This document shows, in pieces, positions 45,750-45,940 of a DNA stretch of 45,940 nt. Each line of letters starts with the position of its first letter. The stretch's first letter is position 1. The translations under genes and the position numbers were made by a program. Under the pieces are notes generated by a model that saw nothing but the letters and a program-made list of their open reading frames with translations, did not search any database and had not been told where the DNA came from. The stretch spans positions 62,001 to 107,940 of the forward strand of contig JALDZS010000073.1 of assembly GCA_022813965.1 (NCBI GenBank). Reading direction: 5' to 3'. The DNA comes from Toensbergia leucococca. Lineage: Eukaryota.

Positions 45750-45940
45750 GGCTGTACATAGACGTTCAATTCTTACGCAGCATGGATAATGCAAGACAAG
45801 CTTTCTTGAATTACCCAGCGAGCCAGCGAGGTGCTTAAGCTTCGGGCCGTGAGTGGGGCCGCAAGCACGACCCTTGTACTCCGTACCTTAGTAGAACCAG
45901 AACTAGATTGTCTTGGCAGAATAACTTCCCCACATTACTT

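Noticed and set aside
1..45940. CRISPR arrays, rRNA, tRNA, prokaryotic operons, alternative genetic code
   Set aside because: None seen. Conserved genes use TAA, TAG and TGA as ordinary terminators, so the two internal stops are not evidence of codon reassignment.

Overview
Intron-containing genomic DNA from a filamentous ascomycete (Pezizomycotina; short 49-86 nt GT-AG introns with CTRAY branch points, about 22 genes in 46 kb). Recognisable genes: an SDR polyol/ketose reductase, a dienelactone hydrolase, cystathionine beta-synthase, glutamate 5-kinase (PRO1), Xaa-Pro peptidase (pepP), the succinate/fumarate carrier (SFC1/acuL), twinfilin, an epoxide hydrolase, pinin, PHF5A/Rds3, an alpha/beta hydrolase and PEX26. 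More tentative calls: the 3' end of a HOS3-like HDAC, an augmin HAUS3-like protein, a Sororin-like protein, a BTB protein, a degenerate MM3350/pRiA4b-ORF3-like protein and two secreted proteins. Most notable observations: (1) a 752-bp fold-back Mutator-like MITE with a perfect 9-bp TSD, plus a solo copy of its TIR 29 kb away in the DLH/CBS promoter; (2) two otherwise intact genes each broken by one in-frame stop (kinase TAG, HOS3-like TGA); (3) two compact (~250 bp) head-to-head pairs of functionally related genes, PRO1/pepP with a perfect ATGACTCAT site and pinin/PHF5A; (4) a GC-AG intron in PEX26. No searches were run. Family assignments come from motif recognition and exon boundaries from manual reading.
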